Below, piece after piece: positions 50,781-63,100 of a stretch of DNA of 64,000 bases. The notes below the pieces were generated by a model. The model worked only from the letters and a program-made list of their open reading frames with translations. It was not told the DNA's origin and made no database searches. Source of the stretch: Eledone cirrhosa (taxonomy: Eukaryota); NCBI GenBank assembly GCA_964016885.1, contig OZ024742.1, positions 43,276,001 to 43,340,000 on the forward strand. The letters run 5' to 3'. A program made the position numbers and the translations under genes. Position 1 is the stretch's first letter, and each line of letters begins with the position of its first letter.

Positions 50781-51632
50781 GTTTGTAAGATGTTTGTTTT
50801 CTCTCTTTTTAATTTTTGAATCACTTGACATTTAGGTGTGATTGAGAATTGTGATGAACAACAAACTATCTTTCCTGTAAATTGCTATTATGTTGTACAG
50901 TACTCCGATCTTTAACCCTTTTGATACCAACCCACCCAAAACTGAAACAAAACCATCTGTTTCAAAGGCTTTCTATATATATTAAAATCTTTCAACATAA
51001 TCTTATATTAGAACCATATGTGAAGTTACTACCTTTGTAATGAAATAATTAATAATTTTAATAAATCTTTAAAAATTCTTCATTAATTAATTGAAATAAG
51101 AGTGTATTTTATTAGAAATATGATCACAAAAAGTTAAATTGTTAGCTACCATGTATATGTAGAGTCTGAAAGGCCCATTTTAGTCATGGCTGGCTATAGG
51201 TTTGCATCTGGTAAGTTCCTTACTGAGCTGCATACCTTGTCAAGGTGTTTTATTGAAAACCATCAGTGAGCCATTCATGCCAGTCTCCCTTCCAAATCAA
51301 TGTTGTCGAAAGGAAAACTAAAGGCAGATACATCCTAGCACCAGTGATGTCACAGGCAAACTTAGAACACAAAGAGCTGAAAGAGATACTACGTGGCATA
51401 ATGTCTGGTGCTCTAACTATTCCATCAATCCACTGTCCCTGGACTGGTACATTATTTGTAACGCATGAAAGGCAAAGTTGACCTTAGTGGGATTTAAACT
51501 CGGTACACAAAGAACCTGAAGAAATACAGCAAAGCCTTTTAATCCAATATTCTAACAGCTTTGACAATTTACCTTACTGTAAATACTAAATAAGGGTACA
51601 ATCTACCTACCTGTAAATAACAGCATCATGTA

Positions 51633-51667
<35 letters not shown>

Positions 51668-51675
51668 TCCTACCT

Positions 51676-52175
51676 TACACACTTGCACCTCTCTAAGACA
51701 ATGTCACTGGACCGAGATCTTTGGCGCCACGCAGTAATACAGAAGACCTGCCTTGCCTATGCACAAAGTGAAACCTACAGTCAGTAGGCACATCTTAACC
51801 AAATATACACCCCAATCCACTACCTTTACTCCATCCTCCCACTCCCACCAACACCACTCTTTCTCTGTAAAGTTGGTACCACAACATCCAGTCCAAATTA
51901 ATGAGATTGAGATCGTGTAGGTGTCACGACAAAAAAACACACAGTCCACACTGTAATGTGGCTGTGTAGGTAACACGGTAAAAAGTTCCCAGTTCACACT
52001 GTAAATGTGGTTGGTGTTAGGAAGGGCATCCAGCCATAGAAAACCTGCCAGATAGTCCTATACGAGCGAGACATGGTCACCCGACCAACCTTGCCTCAAA
52101 TTGGGACAACTCCCGTCTAACCCATGCTAACGTGGAAGATAGACGTTAAATGATGATGATGATGATGATGATGAT
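51676..52175 (+). mobile_element. RTE family A 3' end
   Basis: Closely matches the reverse complement of 43345-43840; (GAT)n tail; starts in (TA)n. Confidence 0.9.
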
Positions 52176-52185
52176 TATATATATA

Positions 52186-52500
52186 TCTATACTAATAAAG
52201 CTGACGCCTGTATGTATGTAACAAACTTTTCGCCAAACGGCTGGACTAAACAGCACCAAATTTTCACCATAGATGTAACTTTTTCCCAAGTAAGAAAGTG
52301 GGGGTATTTTTGTCTACTAAATTTTGTTAAAAGATTAAAGATATTATTTAAATATTCACTTCTTTAAAATTTTTAAATGTCAACACTTCCAGTTATACGA
52401 CATTCCTCTCTCTTTCTTAGTCTGTTTATTTAGATAGATACATAGCTATAACATCGCGCCCTTATAATATGTCTGTATGTCTGGTTGTCTGCATTATGAA
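52186..52500 (+). mobile_element. Helitron-like 5' end fragment
   Basis: A|TCTATACTAATAAAG start, (tgta)n and cgccaaacggctggac...caccaaattt, as in non-autonomous Helitron 5' ends. No 3' CTAG hairpin was identified. Confidence 0.5.
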
Positions 52501-52568
52501 AACCATTCTGTACATTGACTTCTCTATTTGTGTGTATGTGTATATATGTATATATATATAGTGTGTAT

Positions 52569-54915
52569 ATCATCATCATCGTTTAACATCCATCTTCCAC
52601 GCTAGCATGGGTTTGGACAGGAATTGTCCCACTTGAGGCAAGATTGGTTGTCTTGCTCGTATAGGACTGTCTGGCGGGTTTTCTATGGCTGGATGCCCTT
52701 CCTAACACCAACCACATTTACAGTGTGGACTGGTAGGTTTTTACCATGTTACCTACACGGCCACATTACAGCATGGACTGTGTGTTTTTTTTGTTGTGAC
52801 ACCTACACGACCTCATTTATTTAGGACTGGGTGTTGTGATACCAACATAACTTTACATCGAAAGGGGTGGTGTAAATGGAGGTAGGGTAGGGGTAGTGGG
52901 ATGGGAGTGTATTTTGGTTAAGAGGTGCCTACTGACTGTAGGTTTTGCTTTGTACTTAGGCAAGGCGGGTCTTCTGTATTACTGCGTAGCGCCAAAGATC
53001 TCGGTCCAGTGACATTGTCTTGGAGAGGTGTAAGTATGTGACGTCGGAATTTATCAAGTCGTCCCAGGTTTTTCTGGGTCTGCCTACTCCGTAGCTACCG
53101 TCTATTTTGATCGCCCTGCACTTTTTTATACAGCTGTCATCTTTCATGCGCATCAAGTGACCATACCAACGTAGCCTTCTCTCGAGTAAACAGCATCTGA
53201 TCCCTCTTATTCGTAATTTCTCACTTAGTTCATTTATGCTTTGCCGTTGTATATTACTATTACACATCCAACGGAGCATGCAAGCTTCGTTCCTCTCCAG
53301 TCTGCATAGATTCTCTGCACACAATGCCCATGTCTCACTGTCATGTAACATTGCTGTTCGTATGCAGGCATCATACAGTCTGCCTTTCATTTTTAGAGAG
53401 AAACCTTTAGCGGCCAATAGTGGTATAAGCTCTCTGAACTTTTTCCATCTCTTTCTGACTCTAGCTACTGTACTTTCAGAGCACCCTCCACCACTGCTGA
53501 TTTTGTCACTCAGGTAACGGAAGGTGTCCACTATTTCTATAGAACCATCTGGGCAATAGAATGAGCTAGTATTCTGTGGGCACTTGCTGCTACTTATTGC
53601 ACCTGAGCACCAGCCACATATAAAATCTATATTCTTAGTTGGCTTACCTGTGATCCCACTACATCTTTTATGCACCCATACTTTGCATTTGGGACATAAA
53701 ATGGAGTTTCTGCCTACTCCTTTCCTACACACTGAGCATGGCCATTTCCCAGATGGGACCAATGCCCTATTTTCCTTCCTACATACTAGAACTTTAGTCT
53801 TAGACAAGTTAATTTTAAGGCCTTTTGATTCTAGGCCATGCTTCCATGTTTGGAATTTCTTCTCTAGTTCAGCCATTGATTCAGCTATGAGAGTTAGATC
53901 ATCTGCGTATAGAAGTTCCCAGCCGGTCTTGAACTCCTCTGATATAGGCTGAAGGGCAATAATAAATAGGAGGGGGTTAAGGACGGAGACCTGATGAACA
54001 CCAACTTTGACACTAAACTCTTCACTATATTCGTTGTTAATTCTAACCTTGCTAACTGTTTCTCTATACATGGCTTCTATAGCTCTCACAAGCCATTCAT
54101 CAACACCTAGTTTTCTGAGAGCCCACCAGATAATGGAGCAGGGGGACTCTGTCGAAGGCTTTCTCCAAGTTGACAAAAGCTAAGTATAGGGGTTTACTTT
54201 TAGCTAGGTACTTCTGTAGTTGTCGTACAATGAAAAGAGTGTCTGTGGTACTTTTGCCTGACACAAACCCGAACTGCATTTCATCTAGGTCAATTCTCTC
54301 TCTGATTAGTTGCGCTATAACTCTTTCTGTGACCTTCATGACCTGGTCAATTGGTTTAATGCCTCTATAGTTTCCCCTATCTAGGGCATCTCCTTTACCC
54401 TTGTAGCAGTTAATGATGATGCTGCTATGCCAGTCCTTTGAAACGACACCATTCTGTATGACTTGGTTTACTATCCGGGTGACCATAGTGTGTCCCACTG
54501 TTCCAGATGGTTTCAATATTTCAGCAACTATTTCCGAAGGGCCAGCCGCTTTGCCCGTCTTCATATCTTTGATTGCCTTACTTATACTACCATCAACTAT
54601 TGGTCCCTCTATTGGATAGATGTGGGGGAGACTGTCTTTCTCCCATTTATTCTCCTAATTTAGTAGCCTATCATTGTGACACTTCCAAGCTACCTTCTTA
54701 TCAGCGTCAGTGATGGCAAGTACACCATCTTCATTCCGGACACACTTCTCCCCGACAATATCATGGTTTTCCTTGACACATTGCCTAGCAATCCTGAACA
54801 CCTCACGTTTTTGGTCCTCGTGTTGTAGAACATGCTTGAACTTTCTTTCCTATGCGTCCCTTTTTTGAAAGTACACTTGTCTCCTAGCTTCTCTCCTGGC
54901 CACTTGATAGTGTTC
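52569..54915 (-). mobile_element. RTE family A copy, left arm of the giant palindrome
   Basis: ORFs 54100-54564 and 52956-54176, complete 3'UTR and tail. Confidence 0.95.
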
Positions 54916-57328
54916 AAAAAGGCCAAAAAGCAGGCTTGGAAAGTATGGCGGGATGGGGGAAGTAGAGAACACTATCAAGTGGCCAGGAGAGAAGCTAGGA
55001 GACAAGTGTACCTTGCAAAAAGGGAAGCAGAGGATAGAAAGTTCAAGCATGTTCTACAACGCGAGGACCAAAAACGTGAGGTGTTCAGGATTGCTAGACA
55101 ATGTGTCAAGGAAAACCGTGATATTGTCGGGGAGAAGTGTGTCTGTAATAATGATGGTGTACTTGCCATCACTGATACTGATAAGAAGGTAGCTTGGAAG
55201 TGTCACTACGAGCGACTACTAAATGAGGAGAATAAATGGGAAAAAGATAGTCTGCCCCAAATCAATGCAATAGAAGGACCAGCAGTGCAAGTTAAAGGTA
55301 GTATAATAAGTAAGGCAATCAAAGATATGAAGACAGGCAAGGCAGCTGGGCCTTTGGAGATAGTTGCTGAAATGCTGAAAGCATCTGGAATGGTGGGACA
55401 CACTATGGTCACCCGGATAGTCATACAAAAGGGGGTCATACCAAATGACTGATGTAGCAGCATCATCATTAACTGCTACAAGGGTAAAGGAGATGCCCTA
55501 GATAGGGGAAACTATAGAGGCATTAAATTAGTTGACCAGGTCATGAAGGTCACAGAAAGAGTTATAGCGCAACTAATCAGAGAGCGAATTGATCTAGATG
55601 AAATACAGTTGGGGTTTGTGTCAGGTAAAAGTACCACAAACGCTCTTTTCCTTGTACAACAACTACAGGAGAAGTACCTAGCTAAAAGTAAACCCCTATA
55701 CTTAGCTTTTGTTGACTTTGAGAAAGCCTTTGACAGAGTCCCCTGCTCCATTATCTGGTGGGCTCTTAAAAAACTAGGTGTTGATGAATGGCTTGTGAGA
55801 GCTATACAAGCCATGTATAAAGAAACAGTCAGTAAGATTAGAATTAACAACGAATATAGTGAAGAGTTTAGTGTCAAAGTTGGTGTTCATCAAGGCTCTG
55901 TCCTTAGCCCCCTCCTATTTATTATTGCCCTTCAGGCTATAACAGAGGTGTTCAAGACCGGCTGCCCATGGGAACTTCTATACGCAGATGATCTAACTCT
56001 CATAGCTGAATCAATGGCTGAACTAGAGAAGAAATTCCAAACATGGAAGCATGGCCTAGAATCAAAAGGCCTTAAAGTTAACTTGTCTAAGACTAAAGTT
56101 CTAGTATGTAGAAAGGAAAATAGGGCACATGTATTCTGGGAAATGGCCATGCTCAGTGTGTAGGAATGGAGTAGGCAGAAATTCCATTTTATGTCCCAAA
56201 TGCAAAGTATGGGTACATAAAAGATGTAGTGGGATCACAGGTAAGCTATCTAAGAACGTAGATTTTATATGTGGCCGATGCTAAGGTGCAATAAGTAGCA
56301 AGTGCCCACAGGATACTAGCTCCTTCTATTGCCCAGATGGTTCTATAGAAATAGTGGACACCTTCCGTTACCTGGGTGACAAAATCAGCAGTTGGGGGAG
56401 GGTACTCTGAAAGTACAGTAGCCAGAGTCAGAACAGGATGGAAAAAGTTCAGAGAGCTTATACCACTATTGGCCACTAAAGGTTTCTCTCTAAAAAGGAA
56501 AGGCAGACTGTATGATGCCTGTATATGATCAGCAATGTTACATAGCAGTGAGACATGGGCATTGTGTGCAGAGGATCTGCGCAGACTGGAGAGGAACGAA
56601 GCATGCATGCTCCGCTAGATGTGTAATAGTAATATACGTGAACGGCAAAGCATAAATGAACTAAGTGAGTAACTACGAATAAGAGGGATCAGATACTGTT
56701 TACTCGAGAGAAGACTATGTTGGTATGGTCACGTGATGCTCATGAAAGAGGACAGTTGTATAAAAAATGTGCAGGGCAATCAAAATTGATGGAAGTTACG
56801 GAGTAGGTAGACCCAGAAAACCTGGGACGATTTGATAAATTCTGACCTTACACACTTGCACCTCTCTAAGACAATGTTACTGGACCGAGATCTCTGGCGC
56901 TACGCAGTAATACAGAAGACCTGCCTTGCCTTGCTTCTGTACAAAGCGAAACCTACAGTCAGTAGGCACCTCTTAACCAAATATACATCCCTACTCCACC
57001 CCCCCACTCCCACCAACACCACCCTTTCTCTGTAATGCTATGTTGGTACCACAACATGCAGTCCAAAATAAATGAGGTCATGTAGTTGTCACAACAAAAA
57101 AATACACAGTCTACACTGTAATGTGACCATGTAGGTAACATGGTAAAAACCTCCCAGTCCACACTGTAAACGTGGTTGGTATTAGGAAGGGCATCCAGCC
57201 GTAGAAAACCTGCCAGACAGTCCTATGCGAGCGAGACATGGTCACCCGACCAATCTTGCCTCAAGTGGGACAATTCCTAGTCTAATCCATGCTAGCGTGG
57301 AAGATGGATGTTAAACGATGATAATGAT
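54916..57328 (+). mobile_element. RTE family A copy, right arm of the giant palindrome
   Basis: ORF pieces 54832-55452 and 55543-56163, complete 3'UTR and tail. Confidence 0.95.
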
Positions 57329-57489
57329 ATCATCATCACCGTTTTACGTCCGTTCGTCCATGCTAGCATGGGTTAGACGGGTTGTCCTGTTGTGGGCAGT
57401 GTCTGGTCGGCTGACCATGCCTTGCTCATACAGGAACTGATTTTGGCTTGATTTCTACAGCTGGATGCCCTTCCTAACACCAACCTCAT

Positions 57490-57730
57490 TTACAGTGTGT
57501 GCTGGGTGCTTTTTTCCGTGGCGCCTACACGTCCACTTTACAGTGTGTACTGGGTGCTTTTTTCCGTGGCGCCTACATGTCCACTTTACAGTGTGGGCTG
57601 GGTGCTTTTTTCGGTGGCGCCTACACGTCCACTTTACAGTGTGTGCTGGGTGCTTTTTTCCGTGGCGCCTACACGTCCACTTTACAGTGTGGGCTAGGTG
57701 CTTTTTTGCCGTGGCACCTCCACGACCACT
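57490..57730. repeat. 48-bp minisatellite, 5 copies, inside an RTE family C 3'UTR fragment (57329-57730, -)
   Basis: Unit ttacagtgtgtgctgggtgcttttttccgtggcgcctacacgtccact at 57490, 57538, 57586, 57634 and 57682. Confidence 0.92.
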
Positions 57731-58545
57731 TTGCATTGGGAGAGGTGGGGGCATGTATATATCAATCAGAATGGATGCAGTAAAAATCTGTTAGACCATT
57801 ACTCACCATAGTACTCGATACTTGGGGTAGTAGAGTGGGTTATATGAAGGATTCAGGACCCCGACGGCTGAGTTGTTGCTGTTTCAGCAGCTAGTACCAG
57901 ATTTGCCACAGCTCAGCCATAGGGGACCCAACTCTTTACAGTGGACATAGCTGCAAATTTGTACCATTTGTATGTACAATCCACTTAGATGTAATTAGAA
58001 AACATGGTACTGTACTGGATGCTTATTTGATCATGAAACAACTTATATATATAATCTGGGGTTTATAGTTACATAAAGGGCACACAATATTGACAGGATC
58101 CTCCAACCCATCTAAGAAGGCAGAAACTCTGAATATGTACTGACTCAAAATGTCATGACCCTTCCAACCCATGCCAGCATGGAAACAGACAAGAAATAAT
58201 TGTTTCTACTTTTGGCACAAGGCCAGCAATTATCCAGTACATTACTGGTACTTTATTTTATCGACACCGTAAGGATGAAAGGCAAAGTTAACCTCGGCGG
58301 GATTTGAACTCAGAATGGAAATAATGATGATGATGTATGTGTGTGTATGTGTATGCATGTATATGCATGTATGTGTTTGTAAGAAACTGTTGGGATGCCC
58401 AGTACAAATCTTCTAATAGCATCAGGTTGATGATTCATCTTATACACACAACTTTTGCACATTGAAATTTTATTTCAGTCTTGTTCTTTGTTAAATTGAG
58501 AGATGTTTTTGTCTATGTATCTTGTATTTCTTTTTTTTTTTTCAG

Positions 58546-58674
58546 CTTCAAAACAATTGCCATCACCCAGTAGTAATAATATTAGCACAGTTTCTCACCA
58601 TGGAGACCATGGTGGTTCTGTAAACGAAGTTGCTTCAGCTTCAAGTGACGAAATTCCCAAACTTTCACCAAGTG
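58546..58674 (+). CDS. CC2D1: CC2D1 exon 9, Ser-rich linker (ASKQLPSPSSNN...EIPKLSPS)
   Basis: Long poly-T ttcag acceptor, G|GTAAAG donor, 129 nt, phase 1/1. It is symmetric and could be a cassette exon. Confidence 0.72.
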
Positions 58675-59576
58675 GTAAAGATTTTTTTGTTTGTTGTTAT
58701 TATTTTGAATTAGGGCGGTGGATTGGCAGTATCGGTAGAGGGTTGGACGCCATGCTTTCTAGTATAGTTACGTCCCTTTACAGTCTGAGTTCAAATCCTG
58801 CCGAGGTTAACTTTGCCTTTCATCCTTACGGGGTCGATAAAATAAAGTACCAGTAATGTATTGGGTAATTGCTGGCCTTGTGCCTAAAGTAGAAACAATT
58901 ATTTTGAACTCAGGCAGATCTCATACTGTTAAAATCAATATACAGGGACATGTTATAGCAAATTGTCAAGGGCCCTGTAGTTCACCCTACTTGCTACATT
59001 TGAAATACCTGTCTCAGAATTCTGGCTGTTCCAAAGTGTTCTGTCTTTTACAGCAACTCTGTCTGAATTTCCACACTAACCTTTGAGATCTAGTCTTTTT
59101 CATACAGCGAGGGTCCCAACAACAACTGGAATAACTTCCACTCTGTTCATTATTATTATTGTTATTATTATTATTAGAAACCCAAAATTGTTGTTATAGA
59201 GTGGTATATATAACAGAATCATTATAGCATCAGACAAAATGGTTTGCAGCATTTAGTTACAACTCTTTGTGTTTTCAGTTCAGATCCCACTGAGATCAAC
59301 ATTTTTTAGTTCAGTTTTGAATTTCCAATTTCCAATTGACAAAACATATTTTACATTAAAATATGTATTTCTTAAAAAGTTCAGATTTTTATTAACTTTC
59401 CAATTTTGCCATGATTATAACATGGTTAACATCTGTTTGTGTGTATCTAGTTTACAATTTGTACACTGTATCTCTACATGTCATAAGAAGCCTCTTAAAA
59501 ACATTTTTACATCGTACATTAACTATTTTATAAAATGTTACAACTAGTTACTGAAAATGGTTTTATGTTATTGCAG

Positions 59577-59725
59577 CTTTAAAAAAGTTGTACAAGACTC
59601 CAGATGCTCCATCTTCTGTTGAAGAAGCCCTTCAACAGAGAATGAATAAATATAGATTGGTTGAAGAGGAAGCAAAGAAAGCTGGTAATGGTGGTAAAGC
59701 TCGGCGAATGGGGCGTATTGCAAAG
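59577..59725 (+). CDS. CC2D1: CC2D1 exon 10, DM14 repeat 3 (LKKLYKTPDAPSSVEEALQQRMNKY...GKARRMGRIAK)
   Basis: ttgcag acceptor, AAG|GTATTG donor. P....EALQQR...Y.....AK..G...KARR..RI.K is diagnostic. The gene continues beyond 64000; the window ends in tttttag, a possible next acceptor. Confidence 0.94.
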
Positions 59726-60150
59726 GTATTGTTTTTCTATTGTGTACATAATGTTGTATGTATAATTAAAGTATTGTATTGTATACATAATGTTACTTAT
59801 ATTGTTTAGGTATTAGTGTGTATGTATATATAATGTTACATATACAGTTAGGTATTGTTTTGTGTATATATATATGTGTAAAGGCATTTTTTTGTATTAT
59901 ATATACAATGTTATATGTATAGTTGAGGTATTGTTTTTGTATTGTATAACTATACATTATATTTATAGTTAAAGTATAGTATTGTATACATCATGTTATA
60001 TGTACAGTTATGGTACTGTTTTATGTGGGTATATGTTATATGTGTTGTAGAATGATTGCTTTGTATTGTATGTATTGTTAAAGCATCATTTTTTGTGTGT
60101 CAATACATATTGTTATATGTACAATTGTTGCATTATATATATAATGTTAT
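59723..60150 (+). repeat. Degenerate ~40-45 bp AT-rich minisatellite starting at the exon 10 donor
   Basis: Recurring unit aaggtattgttttt..tgtatacataatgttatatgtatagtt. Confidence 0.65.
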
Positions 60151-60162
60151 ATATATATATAT

Positions 60163-63100
60163 AGAGGAAAGAAAGTTCAAGCATGTTCTACAACGTGAGG
60201 ACCAAAAACGTGAGGTGTTCAGGATTGCCAGGCAATGTGTCAAGGAAAACCGTGATATTGTCGGGGAGAAGTGTGTACTTAACGATGATGGCATACTTGC
60301 CATCACCGACGCTGATAAGAAGGTAGCTTGGAAGTGTCACTACGAAAGGCTTCTGAATGAGGAGAACAAATGGGAGAAAGACAGTCTCCCCCAGATCGAT
60401 CCAATAGAGGGACCAGCAGTGTTAGTTGAAGGTAGTATAATAAGTAAGGCAATCAAAGATATGAAGACGGGTAAGGCGGCTGGGCCTTCGGAAATAGTTG
60501 CTGAGATGCTGAAGGCATCTGGTTCGGTGGGACACACCATGGTCACCCGGATAGTTAACCAAGTCGTACAGAATGGGGTTGTTCCGAAGGAATGGCGTAG
60601 CAGCATCATCGTTAACTGCTATAAGGGAAAAGGAGATGCCCTAGATAGGAGTAACTATAGAGGCATTAAATTAATCGACCAGGTCATGAAGGTCACGGAA
60701 AAAGTAATAGCGCAACTAATCAGAGAGAGAATTGATCTAGATGAAATGCAGTTCGGGTTTGTGTCAGGCAAAAGTACCACAGACGCTCTTTTCATTGTAC
60801 GACAACTACAGGAGAAGTACCTAGCTAAAAGTAAACCCCTATACTTAGCTTTCGTCGACTTGGAGAAAGCCTTCGACAGAGTCCCCCCTTCCATTATCTG
60901 GTGGTCTCTTAGAAAACTAGGTGTTGACGAATGGCTTGTGAGAGCTATACAAGCCATGTATAAAGAAACAGTCAGTAAGGTTAGAATTAACAACGAATAT
61001 AGTGAAGAGTTTAGCGTAAAAGTTGGTGTCCATCAGGGCTCTGTTCTTAGCCCCCTACTATTTATTATTGCCCTTCAGGCTATAACAGAGGAGTTCAAGA
61101 CCGGCTGCCCATGGGAACTCCTATACGCAGATGATCTAACGCTCATAGCTGAATCAATGACCGAACTAGAGAAGAAATTCCAAACATGGAAGCACGGCCT
61201 AGAATCAAAAGGCCTTAAAATTAACCTGGCTAAGACTAAAGTTCTAGTTTGTAGGAAAGAAAATAAGGCGGCGGTCCCATCTGGGAAATGGCCATGCTCA
61301 GTGTGTAGGAAAGGCATAGGTAGAAACTCCATTTTATGTCCCAAATGCAAAGTATGGGTGCATAAAAGATGTAGTGGGATCACAGGTAAGCTAACTAAGA
61401 ACATAGATTTTACATGTGGCCGGTGCTCTGGTGCAATAAGTAGCAGCAAGTGCCCACAAAATACTAGCTCCTTCAACTGCGCAGAGGGTTCTATAGAAAT
61501 AGTGGACAGCTTCCGTTAGCTGGGTGACAAAATCAGCAGTGGGGGAGGGTGCTCTGAAAGTACAGTAGCTAGAGTCAGAACTGGATTGAAAAAGTTCAGA
61601 GAGCTTATACCACTATTAGCCGCTAGAGGGTTCTCCCTAAAAATGAAAGGCAGGTTATACGATGCCTGCATACGAACAGCAATGCTGCATGGCAGTGAGA
61701 CCTGGGCATTGTGTGCAGAGGATATACGCAGACTAGAGAGGAACGAAGCTTGCATGCTCCGCTGGATGTGCAATAGTAATATACGTGAACGGCAAAGCAT
61801 AAACGAACTAAGGAAAAAATTAGAAATAAGAGGGATCAGATGTTGTTTACTCGAGAGAAGGCTACGTTGGTACGGTCACGTGATGCGCATGAAAGACGAC
61901 AGCTGTATAACAAAGTGCAGGGCAATAAAGATAGACGGTAGCCACGGAGTAGGCAGACCCAGAAAAACATGGGACGAGCTGATAAATTCCGACCTCACAC
62001 GCTTACACCTCTCCAAGACAATGTCACTGGACCGAGACCTTTGGCGGTACTCAGTAATAGAGAAGACCCGCCTTACCTAAATACAAAGTAAAAACCTACT
62101 ACAGTCAGTAGGCATCTCTATCAAAACACACCCCCGTCCCACCACCTCCACCCCACCCACACCGCCCCTTTCAATGTAAAGTTATGTTGGTCCCACAACA
62201 TCCAGGCCGAAACAAATGAGATCGTGTAGGTCATCATCATCATCATCATCACCGTTTTACGTCCGTTCTTCCACGCTAGCATGGGTTAGACGGGTTGTCC
62301 TGTTGTGGGCAGTGTCTGGTCGGCTGACCATGCCTTGCTCATACAGGAACTGATCTGGCTTGATTTCTACAGCTGGATGCCCTTCCTAACACCAACCTCA
62401 TTTACAGTGAGTGCTGGGTGCTTTTTCGTGGCGCCTACACGTCCACTTTACAGTGTGGGCTGGGTGCTTTTTTGCCGTGGCACCTCCACGACCACCTTGC
62501 GGTGGGGGGGGGGGGGGGGGGGGCATATTGTTTATATGCTTCAGCATGTACCCATGGGAGGTCGGGTACCCTGTATTACTGCGTGACGCCAGAAGTCACG
62601 GTCGTGTGTCATTGACTTTGAGAGGTGTAGTTGGGTAAGGTCGGCTTTTATCACCTCATCCCAAGTCATCTTGGGTCTCCCCACTCCGCGGTTTCCATCA
62701 ACTTCTAGTGCTCTGCACCTTTTTATGCAGCTGTCATCCTTCATACGCATCACATGTCCATACCAGCGTAACCGCCTCTCCTGCACGCAGCATTTGATTC
62801 CTCTTATGCTCAGTCTCTCTCTCAATTCATTTATGCTTTGTCGTTCACGTATATTACTGTTACACATCCATCGGAGCATGCAGGCTTCGTTTCTCTCTAA
62901 TCTACGTAAGTCTTCCACCTTCAGCGCCCAGGTCTCACTACCATGCAACATCGCTGTTCGGATACACGCATCATACAGTCTGCCTTTCATTCTGAGGGAG
63001 AAGCCTTTTGCAGCTAGCAGTGGTAGTAGTTCCCTAAACTTCTTCCATCCCGTTCTTACCCTAGTTATTGTACTTTCTGAGCACCCACCTCCGTTGCTAA

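Noticed and set aside
54832-55452. 206-aa ORF with a novel N-terminus
   Set aside because: It is an artefact of reading across the palindrome junction: antisense RTE sequence followed by sense RTE sequence.
57490-57730. CRISPR-like array or 16-aa repeat protein
   Set aside because: The 48-nt units are contiguous with no unique spacers, there are no cas genes, and the array sits in a LINE 3'UTR in eukaryotic DNA.
60056-61519. Domesticated RT gene or CC2D1-RT fusion exon
   Set aside because: The N-terminus is minisatellite read-through. The copy is 5'-truncated with a premature TAG and is nearly identical to other dispersed copies.
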